Notes: generated by a model not told the origin, from the letters alone. A stretch of 64,000 bases of DNA from a bacterium (GCA_963674595.2 CAXXFV010000016.1:480001-544000), one strand, 5' to 3'; shown: positions 48,220 to 59,012, counted from the stretch's first letter. Program-made: numbers and translations.

Positions 48220-50139
48220 TCAAACTCTTGGTTCATATAATTCTTTCTTTAAATTGATAAAGCATTGAACACCCTGAGAATTTTTAAATTCTATCGTACC
48301 ATTTAGTTGATGTTCAACCAACGAGGTAACAGACTGTAAACCCCAACGAGAATTTTTGTCTATATTGAAATTTTCAGGGAATCCTACTCCATTATCTGAT
48401 ACCTGAATAGTGAGTTCTCTTTTAGGAGTTAATAAAATATTCACCTCTATTTTGCCTTTTCTGTTATCCGGGAACGCATGTTTTAGAGCGTTAATAACAA
48501 GTTCCGTGAGGATAAGGCCAATAGGGACAGCCGTATCAATTAATATTTTTATACTATCGCCTGTCACCGAAAAATCAACCTGAGATGCATTGTAAAGATA
48601 ACTTTGTTTAAAAAATTCAATCATATCCTGACAATATTCCAATAAATCAAGATGAGACAGGTCTTTTGATTCTAATAATTTTTGATGGACTATAGACATT
48701 GACAAGATTTTATTTTCAATATCATAAAAGATATTTTTTGTTTCTTCATCGTCAACCTGTCGTGCATGAATACGGAGCATGGAAGAGATAACCTGCATAT
48801 TATTTTTTGTACGATGATAAAGTTCCCGTAACAAAATTTCTTTTTCCTGGAGGTTATTCTTTATTTGTTCTTCAATGGTTTTTCGTTCAGAAATATCCTG
48901 AATTGCTCCAAATATTTTTTGCACCCGTCTGTTTTCATTTGTTTCTATAAAAAAATGAGCGGCTATATGACCAATTTTACCATCTTTGTATTTTATTCGA
49001 TGTTCAATACTATCACTAAAATTTGTGTCTAATGTTTCAGCAGCTTTTTTAATTTCATTTTTCACAAAGTCATAATCGTCCGGATGAACAAATTTTTTAA
49101 TATATTGGCTGGAAGACATTTTATAACTGCCTGTTTCTGCCAACGACGTCCCAAAAATAGTATAAATATTCGCATTTAAGGTAAACAAATCATTCGAAAC
49201 ATCATATTCCCAATAGCCTAATTTTGCAATTTTCATAGCAATGGATTGTTGTGTCTCTGTTTTTCGAAGAGCTTTTTCGGCGTCTTTTCGTTCACTGATG
49301 TCACAAATTAATATTTGAACAGCCGGTTTGTTCTCATATATGATTGGCAGGGCGGTTCCTTCTATATCAATTGCTTTTCCTGTTACATTGACTAGTTTTT
49401 CTTCAAATGTCTGTGGTGCTTTGGTGTTGCCCGATAAAATATTTTGAATTCTTTCTGCGGCTATATCTCTAAAATCCGGGTGAATAAAATCGAGTAAATC
49501 TTTACCAATGAGCTTTTCAGCAGTTTCTGATCCTAATAATTTGCACCCGGATTTGTTCAAGTATACAATTTCCCCTTCACGGTATACAATTACTGCTCCG
49601 GGGCTAAATTCCATAAGGTTATGATATTTTTTTTCGGTTCTTTCTCTTTCTTGTATTTCAGTTTTCAATTCAACAATTTTTTTGTCAAGTTTATGAAAAA
49701 GCAGATCTCTGTGTTTCATTACAGCATCTAAACCCAGAATGGCCGGTTCTTTTTTTGAAACTTCTTCAACTTCTGCTTTTTGAGCGATGTCACGAATGGT
49801 TGTTAGAAAATCACCTGGGTCCATCGGTTTAATTAAAAATTGATCAGCGCCCAATTGTAAAGCGTATTCTTCATCTTCCTGGGTTGTATAGGTTGCTGTG
49901 TAAAATATAAAAATAATATTTTGCAAGGAGGGATCGCTTTTGCACTTGCGACATAGCTCATAACCATCCATGACAGGCATTAAAATATCGGAGATAATCA
50001 TTTGAAAAGAATTTGTCTCCAATTTTTCCAGAGCTTCCTGACCATTCGCTGCCTGTTCTACCTGATATCCAAATCCCCGTAATAATGTATCGAGCAGTAA
50101 AAGGTTTTCTATTTTATCATCAACAATTAATATTCTCAT
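48220..50139 (-). CDS. Hybrid REC-PAS-PAS-HisKA_2 histidine kinase
   Basis: N-terminal REC (VDD, SDILMP, IKP), two PAS domains (IHPDF, VHPDD), ELYHRTKNNMQ, NALKHAF, DNGVG. Confidence 0.92.
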   Translation of the reverse strand: MRILIVDDKIENLLLLDTLLRGFGYQVEQAANGQEALEKLETNSFQMIISDILMPVMDGYELCRKCKSDPSLQNIIFIFYTATYTTQEDEEYALQLGADQFLIKPMDPGDFLTTIRDIAQKAEVEEVSKKEPAILGLDAVMKHRDLLFHKLDKKIVELKTEIQERERTEKKYHNLMEFSPGAVIVYREGEIVYLNKSGCKLLGSETAEKLIGKDLLDFIHPDFRDIAAERIQNILSGNTKAPQTFEEKLVNVTGKAIDIEGTALPIIYENKPAVQILICDISERKDAEKALRKTETQQSIAMKIAKLGYWEYDVSNDLFTLNANIYTIFGTSLAETGSYKMSSSQYIKKFVHPDDYDFVKNEIKKAAETLDTNFSDSIEHRIKYKDGKIGHIAAHFFIETNENRRVQKIFGAIQDISERKTIEEQIKNNLQEKEILLRELYHRTKNNMQVISSMLRIHARQVDDEETKNIFYDIENKILSMSIVHQKLLESKDLSHLDLLEYCQDMIEFFKQSYLYNASQVDFSVTGDSIKILIDTAVPIGLILTELVINALKHAFPDNRKGKIEVNILLTPKRELTIQVSDNGVGFPENFNIDKNSRWGLQSVTSLVEHQLNGTIEFKNSQGVQCFINLKKELYEPRV

Positions 50140-50151
50140 GAAATGTTCCTT

Positions 50152-50511
50152 CTACAGATAATTTTGAATTCTTTCAATAAAACTCTCTGGTTGAATAGGC
50201 TTTTCAATGTAATCTGTACAGCCGGCCTCTAATGTTTTTTCTCGATCACCCACCATAGCATAGGATGTAATGGCAATAATTGGTGTATGTTTAAATTCCT
50301 CCAGGGTGCGTATTTTCCGAGTGGTATCATAACCATCCATAATCGGAAGCTGGATGTCCATTAAAATAACATCAGGATTTTCACTTATGGCTTTTTCTAC
50401 ACCACTTTTGCCGTCTGTTGCTTCAACAACCTGATGTCCAAGTTTTTCTATGAGAAATCTCAATAAATATAGATTTTTTTCATTGTCTTCAATAATTAAA
50501 ATTTTTTTCAT
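50152..50511 (-). CDS. Stand-alone response regulator (DivK-like receiver)
   Basis: ILIIEDNEKN, LMDIQLPIMDG, IIAITSYAMVGD, IEKP. Start moved to ATG 50511 (GAGGAG RBS). Confidence 0.92.
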   Translation of the reverse strand: MKKILIIEDNEKNLYLLRFLIEKLGHQVVEATDGKSGVEKAISENPDVILMDIQLPIMDGYDTTRKIRTLEEFKHTPIIAITSYAMVGDREKTLEAGCTDYIEKPIQPESFIERIQNYL

Positions 50512-52402
50512 TTCCATTCTCCTCGTCCCACTTGAAAGGTAAGGTAAAAGTAAATTCACTTCCCTGTCCGTATTTACTATTAACAAAAATTTCGCCATGT
50601 AAAAGAGTCATAATTTTTTTCGAAAGGTATAATCCCAATCCTGTTCCTTCATATTTTTTTGTTGAGGTCATATCCATTTGTTGAAAAGGTTGAAATAGTT
50701 TTTTTATTTCATCTTCTTTAATACCAATTCCTGTATCTTTTACCATAATAGAAACATTTTTGTTTTTCAAAAGAGCAATATTAATTGTAACAGATCCATT
50801 GTCCGTAAATTTTATGGAATTTCCGGCCAGGTTCATTAATATTTGTTTAACACGTCGTCGATCACTTTCGATATTTATTTTATCAACATCGTTAACAGAC
50901 AATAACAATTCTTTCCGTTCTGCAAGGGGCTGCAGTTCTTTTAAAACTTGATGAACGACATCAGTCAAATTAAATTTTTCAATATCCAGCTTAACTTTTC
51001 CGGATTCAATTTTCGAAATATCCAAAATGTCATTTATCAATTCCAGCAAATGTTTGGAACTGCTTTTTACCATATTGAGTTGTTTTTTTTGTTCCGGGTT
51101 AAGTTCTCCAGCCATTTCCATAAGCAGAATGCCTGTAAAACCAATGATAGAATTTAACGGTGTACGCAATTCATGGCTCATGGAAGCTAAAAACATGGAT
51201 TTCATACGATCAAGTTCTAAAAGACGCTCATTGGCTACTTCCAGTTCAGCCGTTCTTTCAGTCACCATTTCTTCAAGATGGTCCCGGTGTTTTTTTAATT
51301 CCTTTTCAATTTGTTTGCGTTCAGAAATATTGCGAATAAAAACCAAATCGGCTGGTTTTCCCTGGTATGTAACAAATCCCGCATTCACTTCTGCGTCAAT
51401 TATTTCTCCGTTATAGGTTTTAAATCGTGTTTCGTATATAGAAGAAATTTTTTCACCGGACATGCGTTTTTTATAAAACTCCATTACTTTTGGTATTTCA
51501 TCTTCTGATATGAAATTAATAAAAGGAACGCCAATCAACTCTTTTTCTGAGCAATCAGCCATCTCGACAAGGCTGGGATTCACATATCTAAAAACACCAT
51601 CTTGTAAAATTGTAATTCCATCGTTGGCGCGTTCAATCAAATTACGATATTTTTCTTCACTTTCGTGCAATGCAATGTGCGCCTGATTTTTTTCACTATC
51701 GTGAATTTGAATTTGATCAAGCATTTCACAGATACCATCAGACAACGAGCCGATTTCATCGTCACGTTCTTTTACCGGACGAAGAGAATAATCATCGGTT
51801 GTTGATATTTTTTTCATCGTTTTCAACAATTTTCGGATTGGATTGGATATGGTTTTTTGGGTGAAAAGGGCCAATATCCAGGACGCAGCCATACCAACCA
51901 GGAAAATATATAAAGTGGCAATTTTGCTTTTGAAAATAAGTTCGTTATACGTTTTCATGTCGTAGCGAATGGATATAAAGCCGATGGTTTCATTTTCGTA
52001 AACAATAGGTTTTGACATGATTAAAAAGTTTTTATCCTGCATAAAAGTTTTGTTTGGAGGCGAATCAAGCTTGAAATTTTGATAGCCGGTTTTGCTGTAT
52101 TCTGCAAATAGTTCACCATCTGCATCATGAATCCAGGCATTAACTACTTGCTTTTCAACTTCCAAAGTGGAAAGAATGTTTTTTGCAGCACCCTTGTCGT
52201 AAAAATGAAGAGTAGATACACTGCTAAATCCTGTTAATTCCGTAATTGACGATAGCTCTCGTTGAATTGAAGCCAAATAGAAACGACTGTCTCTTATTAG
52301 GTAAAAGATGCTATAAAAAAGTAAAATCGCAAAAGTGGCCGCCAGTTGAAGAATTATCAACTTTTGTTTAATAGAGTATCGGTTTAAATATTTCATTCCC
52401 AC
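50489..52402 (-). CDS. Membrane sensor kinase: CHASE8-like periplasmic domain, HAMP, PAS, HisKA, HATPase
   Basis: SIKQKL N-terminus, F.D...A..IL..L...G..FAEY (YfiN-like), DEIGSL HAMP, MSHELRTPLN, NLAGNSIKFT, GTGLGL. Confidence 0.9.
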   Translation of the reverse strand: MGMKYLNRYSIKQKLIILQLAATFAILLFYSIFYLIRDSRFYLASIQRELSSITELTGFSSVSTLHFYDKGAAKNILSTLEVEKQVVNAWIHDADGELFAEYSKTGYQNFKLDSPPNKTFMQDKNFLIMSKPIVYENETIGFISIRYDMKTYNELIFKSKIATLYIFLVGMAASWILALFTQKTISNPIRKLLKTMKKISTTDDYSLRPVKERDDEIGSLSDGICEMLDQIQIHDSEKNQAHIALHESEEKYRNLIERANDGITILQDGVFRYVNPSLVEMADCSEKELIGVPFINFISEDEIPKVMEFYKKRMSGEKISSIYETRFKTYNGEIIDAEVNAGFVTYQGKPADLVFIRNISERKQIEKELKKHRDHLEEMVTERTAELEVANERLLELDRMKSMFLASMSHELRTPLNSIIGFTGILLMEMAGELNPEQKKQLNMVKSSSKHLLELINDILDISKIESGKVKLDIEKFNLTDVVHQVLKELQPLAERKELLLSVNDVDKINIESDRRRVKQILMNLAGNSIKFTDNGSVTINIALLKNKNVSIMVKDTGIGIKEDEIKKLFQPFQQMDMTSTKKYEGTGLGLYLSKKIMTLLHGEIFVNSKYGQGSEFTFTLPFKWDEENGNEKNFNY

Positions 52403-52411
52403 TCCATTATC

Positions 52412-52960
52412 TTATTCGATTAACCGCGTTGCCAATTTTAAAAGTTCTGAACTGGGCTGAAAGCCTGATTTTTTCATGGCTTGCAGGTTAATTTCGAACT
52501 TTATGGTTTTATCCAGGATCAAAAAGTTTATCATAGCGCCATTGGTTAGAGCGCCATCAATTTCGCTTACAATTAAGATATTTTTATTTTTTACCTTTTG
52601 TATAATTTTATTTAATTGTGATTTTTCTGATTCTGGGATAAATAATATGTTACAATCGTTAATTTGATCAGGGCCCTCCACCTTTGTTATGTTAATTGTC
52701 TTTTTTGCAACAATTTTTTTTCCGGCAATTTGTTCCAGCGGCTCAATAATTTGACTGTTTCCGAGTATGGTTATGTTAAAAGTATTTTCATCTTCGATTG
52801 AGTGCCAGGTTAGATATTTTGTAAAGTTGTAAAGAAAAACAGCTTTTAAATTGTAAGCATATTCCGGATTTTGAGCTGGTAAAGCTGAATAACCCGGATT
52901 TACACAGCAAAAAATATAACCCAATGACAGAAATTTTATAAGGTTAAATTTATTTATCAT
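52412..52960 (-). CDS. YfiR-family (DUF4154) periplasmic protein
   Basis: LKAVFLYNFTKYLTW, CNILFI, GAMINF...FEINL, SSELLKLA. Confidence 0.9.
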   Translation of the reverse strand: MINKFNLIKFLSLGYIFCCVNPGYSALPAQNPEYAYNLKAVFLYNFTKYLTWHSIEDENTFNITILGNSQIIEPLEQIAGKKIVAKKTINITKVEGPDQINDCNILFIPESEKSQLNKIIQKVKNKNILIVSEIDGALTNGAMINFLILDKTIKFEINLQAMKKSGFQPSSELLKLATRLIE

Positions 52961-52973
52961 AAATGCTTCTCGA

Positions 52974-54954
52974 TTATTTCAAACAATAGTTTACCTGTAA
53001 TGCAACAGATCGTTGCGGTTGCCGATATCTATCCGGCCTTAGATTTGATGTATGATTTGATGTATGATAGTATTCCTCATTTAACATGTTTTTTAAAATG
53101 AGATTAATACTGAAATTTTTATTAATTATAAAAGATGATGTTGCGTGAACAATAAATGCCGCATCGATATATTCCTTGCCTGTAAAGGTTATTGTTTTGT
53201 TATTTTTCCTTTTATCAATATAATTACCCCTGATGGCACAGTGAATTTTATCGTTAAATTTGTATTGTGCACCAATATTAAACTGATGTTTGCTTATTTC
53301 AGGAATTATAACATCATTTTCATCAGTTGTATGATTTAAAGAATAATTAAAATAGAGTTGAGATGACTGTTTTTGATATGTCAGGCAGACCTCAAATCCC
53401 TTTGTATCAAGTTCGCCGTAATTAATCCATCTCCATGAATTTTTCAGTTCTTTCCATATAAACAAATTTTTTAATTTGTTTATATAAACAGAACCGTCAA
53501 GTTTTAAAGAGGATTTCAACATATAAGCAGTATAAAATTCATAGGATGTCATTTCTTCCGGCTCAAGGTCTGAATTTCCAGAGCCGTCTGAATAGTCCCA
53601 CGGCTTGGGTGCCCGAAATGCTTCGGTGTAGAGTAATTTCATTGTCAGGTGATTTTTATTAAAAACAGCAGCCATTCTGGGAGTCAGCACCTGGTCATAA
53701 ACTGAACTGTTGTCAAAGCGCGTGCCGGCATAAAATTGTACCGGTTGAACTGGCTGATATCTGAGTTGACAATATAAACTGGCCAAGGTATTTCGCTCCA
53801 TATCGGGGCTGGAGGGTTTGGGCGGCTTTATGTTCCATGCACCACTGTAGGTATTTGAGTACCCCTGAGCCAGATTTTCATTTTCCAGAACAATGCCTCC
53901 AAGTAGATTCAATTTCTCGATTGGAGCGTAATTGATCAATGTTTCAAATCCGACAAGATTATTGGGACGATAATAACCAACCTGTAAAGTGTCACTGACG
54001 ATCAAGACCGAATTGTCTAATACCGTCGCGTTTCGATAATAAATTCGGGAATTAATGCCGGTATTTTTACTAATTTGAGCGTTATATTTTATAAAAGCGT
54101 TGATAAAGCGAATATTCCAGAGTCCCGTTGTCATGATAGGGAGTACCAACAGACTTGACATAAGTAGCAGATGAAGCCTGTTTGTTGATATAGTTAAAAC
54201 CTGCATAAAGGCCCTGCCATTTAACTCTGGCATCCCAGGTGTAATCTTTTTCATTGGTATCAATATCATCCGACCAGTTATTATCTCCGGCATCTCCGGC
54301 CAGGTCTGCTTTGTCACTTGTTTTGTACATACCGGACAGGCGAACGCCCAGTTTGTTCTTTTCGTCCCAAAATCCATATCCCACATTGGTGTTGATCGTA
54401 TTGAAGGACCCAGCCATAGCTTGAATGTCTAATCCGTTGTTTTTATCAGGAGTTTTGGTAATGATGTTGATAATACCTGAAATCGCATTGGTGCCATACA
54501 AAGATGCCGCCGGTCCATAAACGATTTCGATCTGTTCGACATTAGACAAATTATATTGGGCGCCTCCGTAAAAGCCCCCGGAGTTTAATTCGTTAACCTG
54601 AATACCGTCTATTAATAATAAAATTAAATTATTTTGGCTGGGTACGCCACGCATAAAGACATAACTGTTGTAGCCAATTGTATTTCGAAATTGCATTCCC
54701 GGCAAGTCGGCAAGAGCCTCTTCTAAAGTATGATATCCACAATTTTGTATTTGCTGTGCTGTTATCACTCGTACGGTGGCAGGAACCTGCTTGATCCTTT
54801 GAGGGATTTTTGAGGCAGTAATGATTTGAATGTTGGTGAGTTCTTCCAGGCTTAGATTTAATAACTCATCCAGTGCTTTTTCACTTGCTAATAAAAGATG
54901 TAAAGGATATATCAGTAAAAATAAAATTGTGAGAGGAATTCCAGTTTTTTTCAT
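52974..54954 (-). pseudogene. TonB-dependent receptor split by a frameshift near 54118-54124 (real or assembly error)
   Basis: ORF 54082-54954 has signal peptide, LLNLSLEEL, plug and IEIVYGPAASLYG. ORF 52974-54386 carries the barrel. They join near DNGT/LWNIRF. Confidence 0.82.
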
Positions 54955-55387
54955 TTTAACTGTCCTTATTAAGGCTTGCTTTTAATATTGTTAAAAACAA
55001 AATTTATCGAATGCCTTGAATAGATATTTTAACTTGCCGCCATTAACGTAAATCCTGTAGTAAAAGAGAGTTTTATCCCGTTAATAAAATTTAAAATAAT
55101 ATGCCGACTGGTAAGCTTTCCAGGTGTTACATATATAATTTAGTAATTATTGTATCGGGATTAATAGAATTTTTGAAAATTGTTAAATATCATCTATTTA
55201 TAAAAATATATCCAATTTACAGGACACTTCAAACATAAATATGCATTATATTTAAAAAACATTTAGACAAGGTTTTTTGGTTTTCTCTGATATTAATTTT
55301 TTTTGTTGTTCAGGTACTAATATCAGATCAATACTGTCTGAAAAAACTAATGATATTAATATATACTAAATTTTGCAAGATTTGCTT

Positions 55388-56635
55388 TCAAGAAAAATTT
55401 CTTAATGCCCGCCTGAGCATGTCTGATACTTTTTCAACAGCGCCGGGTACCGGGTCCGAAAGTATGGGTAAAAAGACAAGATTGTTAAACCTCTCTTCTG
55501 TTTTTGGGAAATCACCTTCATGGTATCCGGAATAGTCTCCGCAAAGCGGACCCCGGTTTTGGGTAAACATGTCAAAACCGTTTGCAAATAACGGCAATCG
55601 ATGTAAAAGTGTATAAGGGCTGGACGATGCAGCAAGCCCTTCATTACGAATCGCCTCGATTAATTGCGCCGTTGACAGCCCGTTATGGACTTTGGGATCG
55701 TGTAAAACAGGAAAGGCATAGAAACCGCCACGTTCCGCTTTTAGATAAACTTTGACCGGAGATAGCCCGGGAATTGTCTCTAATGCCTTTTCGACTCCTT
55801 CGACGTACATTTTTCTGCGTTCGTTAAGCGCCTTTAATTTGTCGAACTGGATGTTTGCAATACCAATACCCAAAGGATGGGCACGAAACTTCATGCCTAA
55901 TCCAAGCGGCTGCAATTCCGTATATTTTCTGGTCACCAGATCAAGACCCCCCATACGATTGACCTGTCCTGCCAGACAAGCCCGTTCAAAGATTTCAGGA
56001 TCATTTGTTGCCAGCATTCCACCTTCACCGGCGCTTACGGGCTTGCTGCCTTGAAGGCTCCATGCCCCAACATGCCCAATGGACCCCACGATTCTATTAT
56101 CATACATTGCTCCATGAGCATGAGAACAATCCTCAAGTATTGGCACTCCTGTTTCCTGACTGATTGCCATAATTTTATCCATATCGCAGACATTACCCCA
56201 TAAATGTACAACAACAATGGCTTTTGTTTTATCCGTAATTTTTCTTTTTATATCTTCGGGGTCAATCTGAAGCGTTTGCGGGTCGCTTTCTACAAAAACA
56301 GGGCGCGCTCCAAGAAACAGGGCCGGAGCAATGGTGCATATCCATGTATAAGCAGGACAAATAACCTCGTCACCCGGTCCCACTCCCAGTCCGAAATAAG
56401 CACAATAAAGAGCTGAACTTCCGTTCATGGTTGTGATTGAATAAGAAAGACCTGTCCAGTCACGCCATTTTTGTTCAAACTCCCGAACGACGGGCGTTCC
56501 CCCGGAAAGTTCGTTTTTTAACGTCATATCATAAACAAGTTGTGCTTCATCTTTGGTGATTTGCTGCCATTGATCCAGATCAGGTTGTTCCGGAAAGGCT
56601 GTTTGAATAAAAATGGGGAATTCTTGTTTTTTCAT
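55388..56635 (-). CDS. DegT/DnrJ/EryC1/StrS-family PLP-dependent sugar aminotransferase
   Basis: NGSSAL, GPGDEVI, VVHLWG, EDCSHAHGA, PLP-lysine motif SLQGSKPVSAGEGG. Confidence 0.93.
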   Translation of the reverse strand: MKKQEFPIFIQTAFPEQPDLDQWQQITKDEAQLVYDMTLKNELSGGTPVVREFEQKWRDWTGLSYSITTMNGSSALYCAYFGLGVGPGDEVICPAYTWICTIAPALFLGARPVFVESDPQTLQIDPEDIKRKITDKTKAIVVVHLWGNVCDMDKIMAISQETGVPILEDCSHAHGAMYDNRIVGSIGHVGAWSLQGSKPVSAGEGGMLATNDPEIFERACLAGQVNRMGGLDLVTRKYTELQPLGLGMKFRAHPLGIGIANIQFDKLKALNERRKMYVEGVEKALETIPGLSPVKVYLKAERGGFYAFPVLHDPKVHNGLSTAQLIEAIRNEGLAASSSPYTLLHRLPLFANGFDMFTQNRGPLCGDYSGYHEGDFPKTEERFNNLVFLPILSDPVPGAVEKVSDMLRRALRNFS

Positions 56636-56676
56636 CGGAAAATATCTCCTGTGTTGGACTCGTGCTCGAGTTAAAA

Positions 56677-57678
56677 TTATGTCGTTTCTCTTTGGACAAG
56701 GTTCGGTTCCAATATTATAGAATTTTTGTTTTTATTTTTCTCTTCAATTTCCTGAATTAAAATTTTTGCAGCCATTTCACCAATTTCAATCTTTTTCTGA
56801 CGAACGGTCGTCAAAGGTGGTTTGAAATATTCGGTTATCTCTATATCATCGTAACCAACCACCGCCATATCCCGGGGAATGACAAGACCCTTGTCTAAAA
56901 CGGCTTTGCAAACACCAATGGCCATTACATCATCATAGGTGTATATAGCTGTTATTTTTTTATTATTCTGTAAAATCTGTTGGGCTGTGAGGTAAGCGGC
57001 ATTGGCGCTGTCATCACATTGGTAAATTTGAACCGAGTCCTCCGGTAAACCATGTTTTTGAACGGCGGATATACAACCGTTAATTCTTTCTTTAATATTT
57101 GGTGATTCAGAGTTTCGCGCCAGATATGCAATCTTTTGATGCCCTTTTTGAATTAAATGGTCCACGGCCAATAAAGAACCTTTTTCGTGATCTGTTTTTA
57201 CAAAACTGCAGTCCAATTCATCCAGTTTGCGGTTCCACAACACAAATGGCACCGGACATGTTTTGAGTTCGTTAATATAACGATCGTTGATGTTTTCCGG
57301 CTGTAGCAGCAAACCATCAACACGTTTGCCGATTAATGTCTTTAGGGCCGTAATTTCAGTATCTGCATTACGGTTTTGGTAGGGTAACACCGAGAGGATG
57401 ATTTCGTACCCGGCTTGCAGGGTGCTAATATTGCATCCTTCGAGAATTTCTCCGTAATAAGGGTCGCGGATATCCGGAACAATAATGCCGATTGTTTTGG
57501 TTGATTTTGCCCGAAGATTTTTTGCAATAATGTTTTGTGTATAACCCATTTGTGCAGCAATATCCAGAATTTTCTGTCTGGTCTCCGGTGTGATGTCCGG
57601 TTTATCGTTAATCGCCCGGGAAACCGTTACGACCGAAACCCCGGCGGCATACGCCACATCTTTAATTGTCACGTTCAT
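56677..57678 (-). CDS. LacI-family transcriptional regulator
   Basis: VTIKDVAYAAGVSVVTVSRAIN HTH, IPRDMAVVGYDD, PPLTTVRQ. Start moved to ATG 57678 (AGGAG RBS). Confidence 0.95.
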   Translation of the reverse strand: MNVTIKDVAYAAGVSVVTVSRAINDKPDITPETRQKILDIAAQMGYTQNIIAKNLRAKSTKTIGIIVPDIRDPYYGEILEGCNISTLQAGYEIILSVLPYQNRNADTEITALKTLIGKRVDGLLLQPENINDRYINELKTCPVPFVLWNRKLDELDCSFVKTDHEKGSLLAVDHLIQKGHQKIAYLARNSESPNIKERINGCISAVQKHGLPEDSVQIYQCDDSANAAYLTAQQILQNNKKITAIYTYDDVMAIGVCKAVLDKGLVIPRDMAVVGYDDIEITEYFKPPLTTVRQKKIEIGEMAAKILIQEIEEKNKNKNSIILEPNLVQRETT

Positions 57679-57734
57679 GGATGCTCCTGTGGGCCAAGCC
57701 ATTTGAATGAAGAAAAAGAATTTACAATTTTAAA

Positions 57735-57764
57735 AATGAAAACGTTTACGTAAACGTTTTCATT
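57735..57764. promoter_or_regulatory. Perfect 30-bp palindrome, tandem LacI-type operators
   Basis: AATGAAAACGTTTACGTAAACGTTTTCATT is its own reverse complement. Each half has the LacI-type AAACGTTT core. It lies between a minus-strand TTGACA (57787-57792) and the lacI start. Confidence 0.8.
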
Positions 57765-57902
57765 AAATTAGCAAAAAGTTTAAAAGTGTCAAGAAGATTT
57801 TTATGAAAAGGACTTTTATTCTAGTTTTTTAGAATATGATAATCTATAGGTTATTGAGGAACAGCCCCATTTTGATTGTTAAAACAGAAATCATGTGTTT
57901 AG

Positions 57903-58838
57903 CTAATTGTTCGATTTTTTATCATTATAAATTTTTTGTATCCAAACAATAGCTGCTGTGGGGACCAGTTCATGTCCCCCGTCAAAGATGGTGATCGTTG
58001 CATTACCGGAGGACCGGCGAAATAATGGTCTCTTTTCGCCATAACTGGAATCGATAATGGTTTGCTGCAAATGTTCCGGCACCTGCATTTTTTCGACAAA
58101 AAAATCAATGTCTTTTTGTGAAATTTGGTCCTGTGGTTCGGCAACTTTATTAAAAGCTAATAGTGAATGACTGACCGGAACACTGCCTGTATGCCCGTCT
58201 GTAATTCCGGCATTAATATGCAGGTCCAGGCCTTTGGCGTTTTCAAGATAAGTAAGGGGAGAGCGTATCCGGTACTGTTCGTCAACAGCATCACTTTCTC
58301 CGGGTGCGCCGCCGCAGGATTTGACAAGGTCATCACAGTATCGCCCCTGTTCATACCACGCTTTCAGATCGGACACAGGGACCCAGGCAGATACCCCGGT
58401 CCACAGTTCCGGATGACGACCGGCCATCACCAGGGCCGTATAACCGCCGCCGGAGGTACCGACCAGAAAAACCGAGGACGTGTCGATTTTGGTCTTCTTT
58501 TTCGCATAATCTACCGCAGAAACAATATCTTTAACCACCAGTTCCGAACCGGTAGCTTCAGGACGATTATTGGGTCCTCTGAAATTCGGATGAATATAGG
58601 CCCAGTCGTTTTCAATGCACCATTGTTCAATTTCTTTATGAAAATCCTGTTTATAATCATAGGACCAGGTATGCAGCGCAACGATTAACGGTACGGCCGC
58701 CTTGGTTTTAGGAGCATAAAACATGGCCGGCTGTTTTGTATTATCGGCACAACTGTGATATTTAATTTCTTTCGCTTCTTTTGATTGGGCCCCGGCCGTG
58801 GTTGCGGCTAATAATAGGGTCAACAGGGTTTTTCGCAT
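57903..58838 (-). CDS. Exported S9/prolyl-oligopeptidase-like alpha/beta hydrolase
   Basis: Signal peptide, LHTWS, PNFRG, GTSGGG nucleophile, RIRSP, FDGGHE. Confidence 0.85.
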   Translation of the reverse strand: MRKTLLTLLLAATTAGAQSKEAKEIKYHSCADNTKQPAMFYAPKTKAAVPLIVALHTWSYDYKQDFHKEIEQWCIENDWAYIHPNFRGPNNRPEATGSELVVKDIVSAVDYAKKKTKIDTSSVFLVGTSGGGYTALVMAGRHPELWTGVSAWVPVSDLKAWYEQGRYCDDLVKSCGGAPGESDAVDEQYRIRSPLTYLENAKGLDLHINAGITDGHTGSVPVSHSLLAFNKVAEPQDQISQKDIDFFVEKMQVPEHLQQTIIDSSYGEKRPLFRRSSGNATITIFDGGHELVPTAAIVWIQKIYNDKKSNN

Positions 58839-59012
58839 TATAACGGGTCTCTAAATTTTGTGTCCGGAAATTTGAAAAATTATTTAGAATGTGTTGTTCT
58901 ATTTACAAAAAATTTTATAAAGAAACATTAAAATTTTGATTTAAATCAAGTATTACACAACAAGCCCGTTTACAAAAGATGTGAAGAAAGTAATTTCTGA
59001 TAGTTCAAGACA

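Noticed and set aside
54955-55387. Cobalamin riboswitch upstream of the TonB receptor
   Set aside because: No B12-box or other conserved elements seen. The region is simply AT-rich.
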